Below are positions 19,627-29,266 of a DNA stretch of 64,000 bases, piece after piece. The DNA comes from Spirochaetales bacterium (lineage in GTDB: Bacteria > Spirochaetota > Spirochaetia > JABEVK01), in the NCBI GenBank assembly GCA_037142615.1, contig JBAXAI010000006.1, positions 1-64,000 on the forward strand, in the 5' to 3' direction. Each line of letters opens with the position of its first letter. The first letter of the stretch is position 1. The position numbers and the translations under genes were made by a program. Under the pieces are notes generated by a model. The model did not search any database and was not told the DNA's origin. It saw only the letters and a program-made list of their open reading frames with translations.

Positions 19627-20193
19627 ATGGCCCGCTTGGAAAACCTGACCGATCGAGGTCTCGAAACCCAACAAGTCTTTCGTGACGCCTTCCTCGCCCT
19701 GGTCGTAGAAAAGGGCTACGACGCCGTTACCGTGAAGGACATCACCGACCGTGCCGGATTGGAGCGCACGACGTTCTACCTGCATTTCAAGGGCAAAGAA
19801 GACCTGCTCGAACGAGCCCAGAACGCGCTGGTTCAGGATCTTGCGGAACCGAACCCAGCAAACGAAGGCTTGGCGATCCGCCGTCTCTTCCAAACCGTGG
19901 CGGCGAACCGGATGGCCTTCCGCGCGCTGCTTCGGCTCGACGCGGCGGGACGCGTCGGAAAGCGGATGTTCGAGCGCTCCGTGCGGGTTGTCCTCGAGTC
20001 TGGAGGGGTCGAGCGGGTGGTTCCCGAGGGTGTTGTCAACCGCGAACTCGCCGCCATCTTCATCGCCTCGACGCTCCGCAGCGTGGTGTTCTGGTGGGCT
20101 GAGCAAGACACCCCCCCACCGGCCGACGAGGCGGCCGACACCGCCTTTCGGATGATTACCCAAGGTGTCGGGGCTCTTCGCAAACCAAACTAG
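19627..20193 (+). CDS. TetR/AcrR family regulator
   Basis: EKGYDAVTVKDITDRAGLERTTFYLHFKGKEDLL. Confidence 0.93.
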   Translation: MARLENLTDRGLETQQVFRDAFLALVVEKGYDAVTVKDITDRAGLERTTFYLHFKGKEDLLERAQNALVQDLAEPNPANEGLAIRRLFQTVAANRMAFRALLRLDAAGRVGKRMFERSVRVVLESGGVERVVPEGVVNRELAAIFIASTLRSVVFWWAEQDTPPPADEAADTAFRMITQGVGALRKPN

Positions 20194-20283
20194 AAGGCCA
20201 GCCGCCGTAAGGTCCACCCGCGGAAGAAATACTTCTCAGCCGCGAACTTCTGATGAAAGAACTATGAAATATTCTCCCCAATG

Positions 20284-20323
20284 TCAACAGAGTGTTGATC
20301 TTAACGACTCCTTACGTTAATTT
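20284..20323 (+). promoter_or_regulatory. Efflux operon promoter with probable TetR operator
   Basis: TCAACA-GAG-TGTTGA palindrome overlapping TTGATC-N17-TAATTT; second palindrome TTAACG-N8-CGTTAA; ATG 7 nt after -10. Confidence 0.65.
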
Positions 20324-20330
20324 TCCCGGC

Positions 20331-21353
20331 ATGAAACTGCTGTCTGCTACTATTGTCCTCGCTCTGCTCCTGACGTCCTGCCAACGCAAGGTGGAAACCC
20401 CGGTGCAGGGAAGCCTGCAAGCCACTGCCGTCAAAGTCGCCTCGCTTTCAACCCGAACCGTGCAGGGAGGCCTCGATCTGAACGGCATACTCCACGCCGA
20501 TCAGGATGTGGTGATCAAAGCCGAAACTCAGGGAAGAGTGACGGCGGTTCATGTGCGGGTTGGCGACCAAGTTGCCGCTGGCCAGGTGCTGGCCGAGGTT
20601 GACGACGTGATCAAGCGGGCCACTTGGGAAGCCAATCAGGCCAATCTTGACAAGTTGAAGAAGGACTTGGATCGGATCGCACTGCTGAGAGCGCAGAAGG
20701 TGGCCAACGAAACGGACCTGGACAACGTCAAGTTGGCGGTGGCGACAGCCCAGAGCCAAACCACGATCGCCGCCAAAGACCTGGAGAACACCCGCATCAA
20801 GGCGCCCTTCGCGGGCACAATTACCGAAACCTCGGTCACCGAAGGGACCATGGCGAGCGTGGGTGCGCCCGTGGTTCACCTGATCAACCTGGAAAAGACC
20901 AAGATCGTGGTGAACGTGAACGAAAAGGATATCCTGCAAGTTCACCCGGGCGACACGGTCGACGTGCGGACCGAAGCCGATCCCAGCCTCAAGGTGGCCG
21001 GCAAGGTGCGGGCCATCAGCCCCCAAGCTTCGGCGGCGCAGAACTTTCCGGTCGAGGTCACGGTGGCCAAACAGGGCAAGCTGACGTTGCTCGACGGCAT
21101 GTCGGTGACGGTGCACTTCTCGTTCGGCGAACGTCGGGTGCAGGCCCTTCCCCGCTCGGCGCTGATCGGCAGCCTTCAGCAGCCGCAGGTGTACGTCGTT
21201 GAGGCCGGCAAGGCTGTGTTGAAGTCAATCACGGTTGGAGCGCAGTACGACACCGATCTGGAAGTCACTTCGGGCCTCACTCCGGCAGACCAAGTCGTGG
21301 TCAGCGGCCAGAACAACCTGCAGGACGGCGTGGCCATTCAGGTGGTTCCATGA
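20331..21353 (+). CDS. RND efflux periplasmic adaptor (MFP)
   Basis: Lipobox LLTSC; GDQVAAGQVLAEVD, IKAPFAGTI, GLTPADQVVVSGQ. Confidence 0.93.
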   Translation: MKLLSATIVLALLLTSCQRKVETPVQGSLQATAVKVASLSTRTVQGGLDLNGILHADQDVVIKAETQGRVTAVHVRVGDQVAAGQVLAEVDDVIKRATWEANQANLDKLKKDLDRIALLRAQKVANETDLDNVKLAVATAQSQTTIAAKDLENTRIKAPFAGTITETSVTEGTMASVGAPVVHLINLEKTKIVVNVNEKDILQVHPGDTVDVRTEADPSLKVAGKVRAISPQASAAQNFPVEVTVAKQGKLTLLDGMSVTVHFSFGERRVQALPRSALIGSLQQPQVYVVEAGKAVLKSITVGAQYDTDLEVTSGLTPADQVVVSGQNNLQDGVAIQVVP

Positions 21354-24300
21354 ACCTGACCAAGTTCTCGATCGGGAGACCTCTGGTCGTTCTGGTCCTC
21401 TTTGGCCTCGCGCTGCTGATGGGGGTGAACAGCTTCACCTCGTTGCGCTACGAACTGCTGCCCGACATCTCGACGCCCATCATCGCCATCACCACCACCT
21501 ACCCCGGAGCCTCCCCGCGCGAGATCGAGGACGGGGTCAGCAAGGTGCTCGAAAACGCCGTGTCGTCGGTCAACCGCGTCGTCCACATCAACACGACCTC
21601 GATGGAAAACGCGGCGGTTCTGACCCTCGAGTTTGAGCAGGGAGTCGATCTGGACGCCGCCGTGCAAGACGTTCAGCGCAACGTGAACACGGTGGTGAAC
21701 AAGTTGCCCGCCGACGCCCAGGTGCCGGTGGTGTCGAAGTTCAGCATCAACGACCTGCCCATCTTACAGGCTTCGGTGACAAGCAGCTTGGTGGGCGGCG
21801 ACTTCTACCGGTTCATGACCGAGACCGTGACCCCGAGGTTGGCCAAGTTGGCCGGCGTGGGCCAAGTGTCGCTGGTGGGGGGCAATCCGCGCGAAATCAA
21901 GGTGAACCTAGACCAGAACAAGCTCAACCTGTACCGCATCGGCCCTTTGCAAGTGCAGCAGGCCATCAAGAACGCCAACCTCGACGTGCCGGCGGGCACC
22001 TTGCGCGATACCGACGGCCAATACGTCGTGCGGCTTTCGGGGCAGTTGCAATCGCTCGACGAGCTTCGCAACCTGGTGCTGGTCAGTTCGCCGCAGTTCG
22101 GCAACATCGCGCTCAAGGATGTCGCCGACGTGCAGGACGGGCTGGCCGACAGCGTGACGCTCAGCCGGCTCAATGGCAAGGAGGCCATAGGCCTGAACCT
22201 GCAGAAGCAAAGCGGAGCCAACACCGTCAAGATCGCGGCGCTGGTCAAGGAAGAGTTGGCCCACATGGAGGCCGACTACCACGGGCAGGGCCTGAAGTTC
22301 GAAATCACCAAAGACGACTCGGTGTTCACCACCGACTCGGTCCGCGAGGTGTTCCGCGACATCCTCATTGCGATTCTTCTGGTCGGCCTGACGATGTACG
22401 TGTTCCTGCACAGCCTGCGCAACACGCTCATCATCATGATCGCTATTCCTTGCACGCTCCTGACGACTCTGCTGGGCGTCGCGTTTTTCAACTTCTCGCT
22501 CAACCTGATTTCGACGCTGGCCCTCACGTTGGTGGTCGGTATCCTGGTCGACGACTCCATCGTGGTGCTCGAGAACACCCACCGGCACCTCGAGATGGGC
22601 AAAGACAAGGTGCTCGCGGCCCAGGACGGTCAGGGCGAAATCGCGTTTGCCGCCATTTCGATTACCCTCGTGATTGTTATCGCCTTTCTGCCTTTGGCGG
22701 TGGTTGGCGGACTGATCGGCAGCATCACGCTGCAATTCGCGCTGGTGATCATCCTGGCCACGCTGCTCAGTCTGCTGGTCAGCTTCACCATGACGCCCCT
22801 ACTCTCGTCGCGCTTCGGACGGCTGGAGCACCCCAAAGCCAAGAGTTGGTCGGGCGCGTTTACCCGTGGTTTTGACCGGGGTTTCGAGGCCGTGACCAAC
22901 GGCTTCGTCGCTGTGTTGCGCTGGTGCTTGAAGCACAAAGTGATGGCCCTGGTGCTCACTCTGGTGCTTCTGCTGGCTTCGCTGAGCCTGCTCGGCTCCA
23001 AGCGCATCGGCACCGAGTTCATCACGCTGGTGGACCGAGGCCAGATTGCGGTCTCGCTCGAGCTGCCTCAGCGTTCGACTCTCGACCAGACCAACGAGGT
23101 GGCCCGACAAGCCGAGAAAGTGCTGTTCTCGTTCCCCGAGGTGGCAACGGCCGTGGTCAGCGTCGGGTCGGCCAATACCGGTTTCTCGAACAAAACCGCC
23201 GCGAACCTGACCCAACTGGACGTCACACTGGTGCCCCGTGCGAGCCGCCAGCGCAGTTCCGCCGAGGTGGGCCAGGCCCTTGAGGCCCAATTGAGCCTGA
23301 TTCCCGGCTTGAAGGTGAAGGCCTTGGCTATCGGTATTCTGGGAAGTGCCCAAGACCCGATCGCGTACGCGCTGACAGGGAGTGACCCGGAAGTTGTCCG
23401 CAACACCGCGAACACCTTGGTCCAAGCACTCAAGGCCATCCCCGGAACCGGCCAAGTGCGCTCGTCATCGGGCGATGGAAAACCCGAGCTCGACGTACAG
23501 ATTGACCGCGACCGGATGGCCAGCCTGGGCCTAACTTTGCAGACCGTGGGGGCCACGCTGCGCATGGCGCTGACCGGGAACGCCGACCTCACCTACCGCG
23601 ACGAAGGCAGTGACGTGGCCATCCGCGTCGTGTTTGACCAAGCTGACCGCAACAAAACCGCCGATGTGGCCAACATCAGCTTTCTGAACGACCAGGGGAA
23701 GGTCGTCACGCTGTATCAGTTTGCCAAGGTGGTTCAAACCCTCGGGCCAGACAACCTGACTCGCCGGGACCGGCTGACCTCGGTCAGCCTTTCGAGTCAG
23801 GCCGTAGGCCGCTCGGCCGGTGAGATCGGCGCCGACGTGACAGCGTGGCTGAGTGCCCACCCACTGCCGCCCGGGGTCAGCTTGAACCCCACCGGCTCGC
23901 TGGCCAACCAGGCCGATTCGTTCCGGGCCCTGGGAACGGCGTTGGCGGTCTCGGTCCTGTTCATCTATGCCATCCTTGTCATCCTTTTCAATTCGTGGCT
24001 GTACCCGATCGCCGTGCTGTTTTCGATTCCGGTGGCCTTCATCGGGGCGCTGGTGGGGCTTTGGCTCACGCACACCACACTCAACATTTTCAGCATTCTG
24101 GGCATTCTGATGCTCCTGGGCTTGGTGGCCAAGAACGCCATTCTTCTGGTCGACCGCACCCTGAAGAATCAGCAGGCGGGTCTCGGTTTGCCCGAGGCAC
24201 TGGAGGACGCCGTGCGCACGCGGTTGCGGCCCATTTTCATGACCACGGCCACGATGATCTTCGGCATGCTGCCGGTCGCCCTGGGGTTGGGTTCCTCGGG

Positions 24301-24430
24301 CGAGGTGAAGGCGTCGGTGGGCGTGGTGCTCATCGGCGGGCTCACCTCGTCGCTCATCCTGACCATTTTTGTCGTTCCCGTGTTCCAAGCCCTCATCTAC
24401 CGACTCAAGTCCGGGAGGAACCATGCATAG
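21350..24430 (+). CDS. RND efflux permease (AcrB family)
   Basis: YPGASP-EIE, GILVDDSIVVLEN, AKNAILLVD, RLRPIFMTT; 1026 aa. Confidence 0.96.
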   Translation: MNLTKFSIGRPLVVLVLFGLALLMGVNSFTSLRYELLPDISTPIIAITTTYPGASPREIEDGVSKVLENAVSSVNRVVHINTTSMENAAVLTLEFEQGVDLDAAVQDVQRNVNTVVNKLPADAQVPVVSKFSINDLPILQASVTSSLVGGDFYRFMTETVTPRLAKLAGVGQVSLVGGNPREIKVNLDQNKLNLYRIGPLQVQQAIKNANLDVPAGTLRDTDGQYVVRLSGQLQSLDELRNLVLVSSPQFGNIALKDVADVQDGLADSVTLSRLNGKEAIGLNLQKQSGANTVKIAALVKEELAHMEADYHGQGLKFEITKDDSVFTTDSVREVFRDILIAILLVGLTMYVFLHSLRNTLIIMIAIPCTLLTTLLGVAFFNFSLNLISTLALTLVVGILVDDSIVVLENTHRHLEMGKDKVLAAQDGQGEIAFAAISITLVIVIAFLPLAVVGGLIGSITLQFALVIILATLLSLLVSFTMTPLLSSRFGRLEHPKAKSWSGAFTRGFDRGFEAVTNGFVAVLRWCLKHKVMALVLTLVLLLASLSLLGSKRIGTEFITLVDRGQIAVSLELPQRSTLDQTNEVARQAEKVLFSFPEVATAVVSVGSANTGFSNKTAANLTQLDVTLVPRASRQRSSAEVGQALEAQLSLIPGLKVKALAIGILGSAQDPIAYALTGSDPEVVRNTANTLVQALKAIPGTGQVRSSSGDGKPELDVQIDRDRMASLGLTLQTVGATLRMALTGNADLTYRDEGSDVAIRVVFDQADRNKTADVANISFLNDQGKVVTLYQFAKVVQTLGPDNLTRRDRLTSVSLSSQAVGRSAGEIGADVTAWLSAHPLPPGVSLNPTGSLANQADSFRALGTALAVSVLFIYAILVILFNSWLYPIAVLFSIPVAFIGALVGLWLTHTTLNIFSILGILMLLGLVAKNAILLVDRTLKNQQAGLGLPEALEDAVRTRLRPIFMTTATMIFGMLPVALGLGSSGEVKASVGVVLIGGLTSSLILTIFVVPVFQALIYRLKSGRNHA

Positions 24431-25787
24431 GATTTCACTTTGGTCGGCTCTGCTGTTCATCGCCATGGGCTCCACCCTGACGGCCGAGTCACTCACGCTG
24501 GACCAGGCGGTCGAGCGCGCGCTGACTCACAACCTGGGCCTGCAGAGTCAGGATGCGTCGCTGGGCGCAAAGAAGGTGGCAAGCGACTTCAGCTACAACC
24601 GGCTGTACCCGTCGGTGCAGTTCAGCGGAGGGCTGAACGTGCTCACTTCGCCCGACGCCTCAAAGGCGCTTGCGGCTGTGGCCCCCGTCACCACAACAGC
24701 GGGGGCACTCAAGGCGCCGTATCTCAACAACGTCTACGTGACTCCCGATGCCACCACCGCGCTCGCCGGCTTGACCATTCAGTGGCCGCTGACCGTGGCC
24801 GCCTTCGAGGGCATGGCGCAGGCCGCAGTGGACTACCGGAACGCGGTCGTCGGCCGGGAGCAAGCGGCCCGGGGCCTCAAAACGGGCGTTTCGAAGGCCT
24901 ACTTTCAACTGGTGGTGCTCCAGGAGTCCATCCGGCTTACCGAAAGGCAGTTGTCCAACGCAGACGAACGACTCAGGCAGGTTTCGGTGAGCAACCAAGC
25001 GGGACAGGCTACCGAACTGAGCCTGCTTCAGGCGCAGATGGCCCGTCACTCGGTACTACCGGTGCTGCAGGCCTACCGACAAAACTCGCAACAGGCCCTC
25101 CTGGCGCTCGAGAGCCAACTCGGCATGGACCCGGACCCCACGGTGACGCTCACCGATACTTTGCCGACGTCGTTGCCCCTCACCGTCCAGACCGTCGACC
25201 AGGTTGTCGAGCGCGGCCTGTCTGGCAACCTGGACCGAAGGGCCTTGATCGGCAACCTCGACGCTCTGGTGCAACAACGGAGGTCGCTCGACGCGGCGCT
25301 CTACCCTTCGCTGGTGTTGCAGTACAGCGCTGATCCGGCGCTCAACAATCCCTTCAACGTCGATCTGACCGACGGGAACAATTGGAAGCAACGCTCTGGG
25401 GGACTGCTGGCGCAGGTGGTCTGGAAACTTGACCCCTGGTTGCCCGGTTCATCGTACTGGGTGAACAGTCAGGCCCTTGACGCCCAGCAAACGGTGGCCC
25501 GGCTCAGTTTGGACCAATCCCGCAGAAAGCTGCAGACTGACGCTCTGAACCTACTCGACACGCTGGCGCGGGCTCAGGACAACCTGGCGACCTGGACCGA
25601 AATCGCCCGCGAGGCCGACCGGGCCGTGGAGCTGATGCGGGCAGCGTACGCTTCAGGCAGCAAATCGCTGCTCGATGTGAACGACGCCGAACTGAGTGCC
25701 CAGTCGGCGCAGGTCAACCTTCTTGGGGTGAGGCAGACGTTGTACTCCACCTGGCTCGACCTGCAGGATCTCCAAGGTCAAGAATAG
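24423..25787 (+). CDS. TolC-family outer membrane factor
   Basis: Signal peptide, LTLDQAVERALTHN, YASGSKSLLDVNDAE; follows RND genes. Confidence 0.88.
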   Translation: MHRISLWSALLFIAMGSTLTAESLTLDQAVERALTHNLGLQSQDASLGAKKVASDFSYNRLYPSVQFSGGLNVLTSPDASKALAAVAPVTTTAGALKAPYLNNVYVTPDATTALAGLTIQWPLTVAAFEGMAQAAVDYRNAVVGREQAARGLKTGVSKAYFQLVVLQESIRLTERQLSNADERLRQVSVSNQAGQATELSLLQAQMARHSVLPVLQAYRQNSQQALLALESQLGMDPDPTVTLTDTLPTSLPLTVQTVDQVVERGLSGNLDRRALIGNLDALVQQRRSLDAALYPSLVLQYSADPALNNPFNVDLTDGNNWKQRSGGLLAQVVWKLDPWLPGSSYWVNSQALDAQQTVARLSLDQSRRKLQTDALNLLDTLARAQDNLATWTEIAREADRAVELMRAAYASGSKSLLDVNDAELSAQSAQVNLLGVRQTLYSTWLDLQDLQGQE

Positions 25788-25812
25788 CCCTGTTGCTGCG
25801 GCGACCGTGCTT

Positions 25813-27276
25813 TCACGGCACCACCACGAACTGCCCCATCAGGCCACCGTCCTCGTGGTTGGCCATGTGGCAATGGTACATGAACGCGTTCACGGGGTCG
25901 GCGAAGTCCTCAAACCGGGCGATAAAACTCACCGTTTCGTTGCGCTGGATGAAAAACGTGTCCTTCCACCCCGACTCCCACGCTCCGACGGGCCCCGAAC
26001 TGCGCGAAACAAGTTTGAACTGCACGTCGTGAATGTGGAACGAGTGGCCGAAGACAAAATCGTTGACCACGCTCCACTTTTCGGTGGCACCAAGTTTTAC
26101 CGTCTGGTTGATCATCATCATGTCGTAACCGGCATTGTCGAAGGTAAAGGGCGTGCCAGGTCCTTGGTCGGTGATGTTGATGGTCCGGCTGTTGGAAACC
26201 TCGGCGGCGGTCGGGTAGTTGTTCGTGATCAGCGTTGTGGGAATCGTCAGCAACGCCTCGCCGCCGGCGGCCTCGACCTTGAGGTTCAGCACCTCGAAGG
26301 TGGTGTTGTTGAGCAGGCTACCAAAGCCGCCGGTCTTGTTGGGCTCACCGCCCGGAAAGCCAAACGCTTGGCCGCCGTTGTACGCCTGCAGGGGGACGGA
26401 GCTGCCCACTGCGTCCTTAGTGAGATCGATCAGCACTTCGTAACGTTCGCCGGGTGACATCAGCAAGCGGGTCACGGGCACTGGTTTTTCGAGCAGGCCA
26501 CCGTCGCCACCGATGACGAAGAACGTGCGGTTGTCGGCGAACCCGAGCGAGTAGGCTCGCTCGATCTCGGCGTTGAGCAACCGCAAGCGGACAACTTGCG
26601 CGCCGACCGTCGCCTCGGCGTTCAGGGTGCCGTTGGCCAGCAGCCGGTCGCCATAAATGGTATCGGTCTGGATCTGATTGCTGGCGTCAAACGTGCGGCT
26701 CGTGAGAACGACGGGCAAGTCATCGACGCCGTAAGTGCGTGGAAGCGCCAGTTTGGCCTCGTCGGCGTCGCGCACCAGCAGAAAGCCACCGGCACCGAGT
26801 GCCAAATGTTTGGCGGTGGTGGTGTGCAGGTGGGGGTGGTACCAAAACGTTGCCGCCTGGTTCATCACGGTGAAGGTCGGCGACCACAGGGCGCCAGGTT
26901 CAACCACTTGCATGGGGCCGCCATCCATGGCAGCAGGCACATGCAGGCCATGCCAGTGGGTGGTCGATTGTTCCGACAGGTTGTTGTTCACGTGGATGGT
27001 CACCTTGTCGCCCTTGTTGAACACCAGGGTGGGCCCCCAGAAGCCGGCGCCGTTGTAGCTGTAGGTGGCGGTTTCCTTGCCGGAGAGGAAGGATTTGCTC
27101 GTTGCCGGCACCGACAGGTTGAACTCCGTCCCCGTTGGCGTGGCCGTACCCTCCAGAAGGGGTGGAATCCAGAGGAGGCTGTGGGATCCACCGCTCCCGG
27201 TGGTCAGGGAACTGCAGGAGGCCAGGACGAAGAGGACGGGGAGTGCGAGAAACGCCAAAGGGCGAAAGTTGACCAT
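25813..27276 (-). CDS. Multicopper oxidase lipoprotein (CueO/FtsP-like)
   Basis: HWHG, WYHPH, HSFHIH, YHCHMANHEDGGLM; lipobox LASC, no Tat RR motif. Confidence 0.93.
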   Translation of the reverse strand: MVNFRPLAFLALPVLFVLASCSSLTTGSGGSHSLLWIPPLLEGTATPTGTEFNLSVPATSKSFLSGKETATYSYNGAGFWGPTLVFNKGDKVTIHVNNNLSEQSTTHWHGLHVPAAMDGGPMQVVEPGALWSPTFTVMNQAATFWYHPHLHTTTAKHLALGAGGFLLVRDADEAKLALPRTYGVDDLPVVLTSRTFDASNQIQTDTIYGDRLLANGTLNAEATVGAQVVRLRLLNAEIERAYSLGFADNRTFFVIGGDGGLLEKPVPVTRLLMSPGERYEVLIDLTKDAVGSSVPLQAYNGGQAFGFPGGEPNKTGGFGSLLNNTTFEVLNLKVEAAGGEALLTIPTTLITNNYPTAAEVSNSRTINITDQGPGTPFTFDNAGYDMMMINQTVKLGATEKWSVVNDFVFGHSFHIHDVQFKLVSRSSGPVGAWESGWKDTFFIQRNETVSFIARFEDFADPVNAFMYHCHMANHEDGGLMGQFVVVP

Positions 27277-27277
27277 A

Positions 27278-28042
27278 CTAGAACCGGTACCCGATACCGA
27301 CGCTGTAGTCCAACGCAGGCGTCGTGGTGAGTTCCGAGGCCGTCACCGAAGCGCTGGCCACCAGGTGCTCCCAGTTGAAGGCCAAACTCGCGATGCTTTT
27401 CACGTCGATGAGGGTCAACGCGCCCAGGTCTGCCGTGGCGACCACTTTCAAGTTGGGCGAAACAACGCCTTGGTAGCCGAGCTCAAACTGCGCGGCGGCG
27501 AGGTAGGCAGGCATGGCTGCCTGCGGTATCGTGCTCCAGGCGGCAGTCGCCGTCGCCGACAACTCAGCGCCAAGCACCCAACCCGATTGGACGGAACCCG
27601 CTGCTCCGGGACCGGGGCGGTCCTGGGACTCCGTGCGGCTGCTGACCGCGAGCTTGGCCGCAGCGGCAACTTGCCCGCTGAAGTCGGTGGGTGCCCGGTA
27701 GGTCAGCGAAAACGGCGTCTCGAGCGAGGCACTCAGCCAAGGCGCGAGCCGGAAGCGGGTTGCCAGCGACAGGTCGAGTTTGTCGGTCAGGACGGCAAAG
27801 TCGTTGGCCAGCTTCGCTTCGACCATCAGGCTTTCGCTGCGAACGACGGGGGCGGTAAGCTCCACCCGGTAGGTCGGAACGAACCCCGCCTTGCTGTCGT
27901 ACTGGGCCCCCACGGCCTGGGAAAACATAAGGCCCGGGCCAGAGCCCTGGCCCTCGCCTTGCGGGGGAGCGTCCTGGGCGGTGAGTGAGTTGGCAAGCAG
28001 GGCAACGCCCCCCATCAAAAGCGATTGGGATAGTTTCATCAT
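27278..28042 (-). CDS. Secreted hypothetical protein, probable outer-membrane beta-barrel
   Basis: Signal peptide; amphipathic strands; C-terminal YSVGIGYRF. Confidence 0.6.
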   Translation of the reverse strand: MMKLSQSLLMGGVALLANSLTAQDAPPQGEGQGSGPGLMFSQAVGAQYDSKAGFVPTYRVELTAPVVRSESLMVEAKLANDFAVLTDKLDLSLATRFRLAPWLSASLETPFSLTYRAPTDFSGQVAAAAKLAVSSRTESQDRPGPGAAGSVQSGWVLGAELSATATAAWSTIPQAAMPAYLAAAQFELGYQGVVSPNLKVVATADLGALTLIDVKSIASLAFNWEHLVASASVTASELTTTPALDYSVGIGYRF

Positions 28043-28061
28043 TTTCCCTCCGGGGAATTGC
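27992..28061 (-). repeat. Duplicated RBS + signal-peptide segment (partner 29122-29191)
   Basis: 61/70 identical by manual ungapped alignment. Confidence 0.85.
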
Positions 28062-29172
28062 GGACCAAGCGGACATAGTTGAGGGTGCGTTCGGCGTCCT
28101 GGGATCGTTTGCCCTCGACGAGGACTTTCGCGTCAAACCGAACGGCACCGGCGCCGTGCAGGTCTTCGCCCTTCTCGTTGACCGCCCGACCGAAAGCGAC
28201 GTACCACGCGGAAGTGTCGGGTTCGTTGGCCTTGCCTCGTGCCGACGTACTGGTCCAGTACCAGGGGTAGTCGGCCCGTCCGACCTCGTTGGTGATCGCG
28301 GTGCAGCTGAACAGAGGGTCGATGGCCGGCCCCACACGGGCCGGGTCGGTGGCTCCGGGCGAGCGGGTGTAGTCGACCAGGGTCTGCAGTTCCTTGTTGG
28401 TCGGCAGGCGCCAGTCGTTGTGGCCCAGATAGTTTGCTTTGTTCTGGGCGTCGGCGTAGGTGTGCGCCTTCTCCCAATCCATGCCCACCCCGCTGTCGCC
28501 CTGCTGCCACATCAGGCCGGTCGCCTGGTCGGTCACGGTGCCGTCGTGGTTGTCCTGGAACAGGTTCACGCCGTAGGCCAGGTTGCCCCGCACGGCCCGG
28601 AAGAAGTGGCGCGGACCGACCTTGGTCGAGTAACCCTTGATATGACCGGTGCCGAAGTTCACACCAAAGGCAAGTTCCGTTCCGGGGTCGCTGCCGGGCA
28701 TTCCGTCGGTAATAGTGCCCTGGACTCCGGTGTACTTGGTGCTACTCCAGAAGATGGCGTGGCTCAGGTCCCACTCGCCCCAATACGTGAGGGGGAAGGT
28801 TGTGGCGTCGAGGTAGGGCCAACCAAGCGGGCCGCGCCACAGGGAATAGAGTTCCTTGATGGTGGGCACCCGCCAGTCGCTGTACCCGCCGACCTTCTTG
28901 GCGTTCATGGCCTCGACCTTGGCCTGGATTTCGACCCAGTAGAGCGTACCCGTGAGGCCGGCGGCGTAGTTCCTTTGCCAGACGAGGCCTGTCACGTTGT
29001 CTGTAACACTCAGGCCATCGGCGCTGGTGGTGTACGAACTCTCGGCCACGATGGGGTACGAGCCTGCCGAAGCGGCAGACCGGGGGACGCTGGGCACGTC
29101 GCCCACCGTGGCACAGCCCACGGCAAGCAGGGCAACGGCCGCCAGCAAAAGCCGTTGGAATAGTTTCATCAT
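28039..29172 (-). CDS. Lipoprotein with two DUF1566 (Lcl C-terminal) domains
   Basis: VTDNVTGLVWQ...DWRVPTIKELYSL and VTDQATGLMWQQ...DWRLPTNKELQTL...YVRLVR; lipobox AVGC. Confidence 0.88.
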   Translation of the reverse strand: MMKLFQRLLLAAVALLAVGCATVGDVPSVPRSAASAGSYPIVAESSYTTSADGLSVTDNVTGLVWQRNYAAGLTGTLYWVEIQAKVEAMNAKKVGGYSDWRVPTIKELYSLWRGPLGWPYLDATTFPLTYWGEWDLSHAIFWSSTKYTGVQGTITDGMPGSDPGTELAFGVNFGTGHIKGYSTKVGPRHFFRAVRGNLAYGVNLFQDNHDGTVTDQATGLMWQQGDSGVGMDWEKAHTYADAQNKANYLGHNDWRLPTNKELQTLVDYTRSPGATDPARVGPAIDPLFSCTAITNEVGRADYPWYWTSTSARGKANEPDTSAWYVAFGRAVNEKGEDLHGAGAVRFDAKVLVEGKRSQDAERTLNYVRLVRNSPEGK

Positions 29173-29211
29173 TTTTCCTCCTGGGAATCGCCGCATGGGG
29201 CGCCTGCACCC

Positions 29212-29266
29212 AACTTACGGGGCCTTGGGGCGCGCTTCGACCGCCCCGCTAAGGTCGGACGCTTTT
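29212..29266 (-). promoter_or_regulatory. Conserved operator + -10, copy 1
   Basis: AAAGCGTCCGACCTTAGCGGGGCGGTCG-N20-TAAGTT. Confidence 0.8.

Noticed and set aside
27992-29191. Diversity-generating retroelement TR/VR pair at the Lcl gene
   Set aside because: Mismatches are not adenine-specific, the repeat covers signal peptides rather than the variable region, and no reverse transcriptase is in the window
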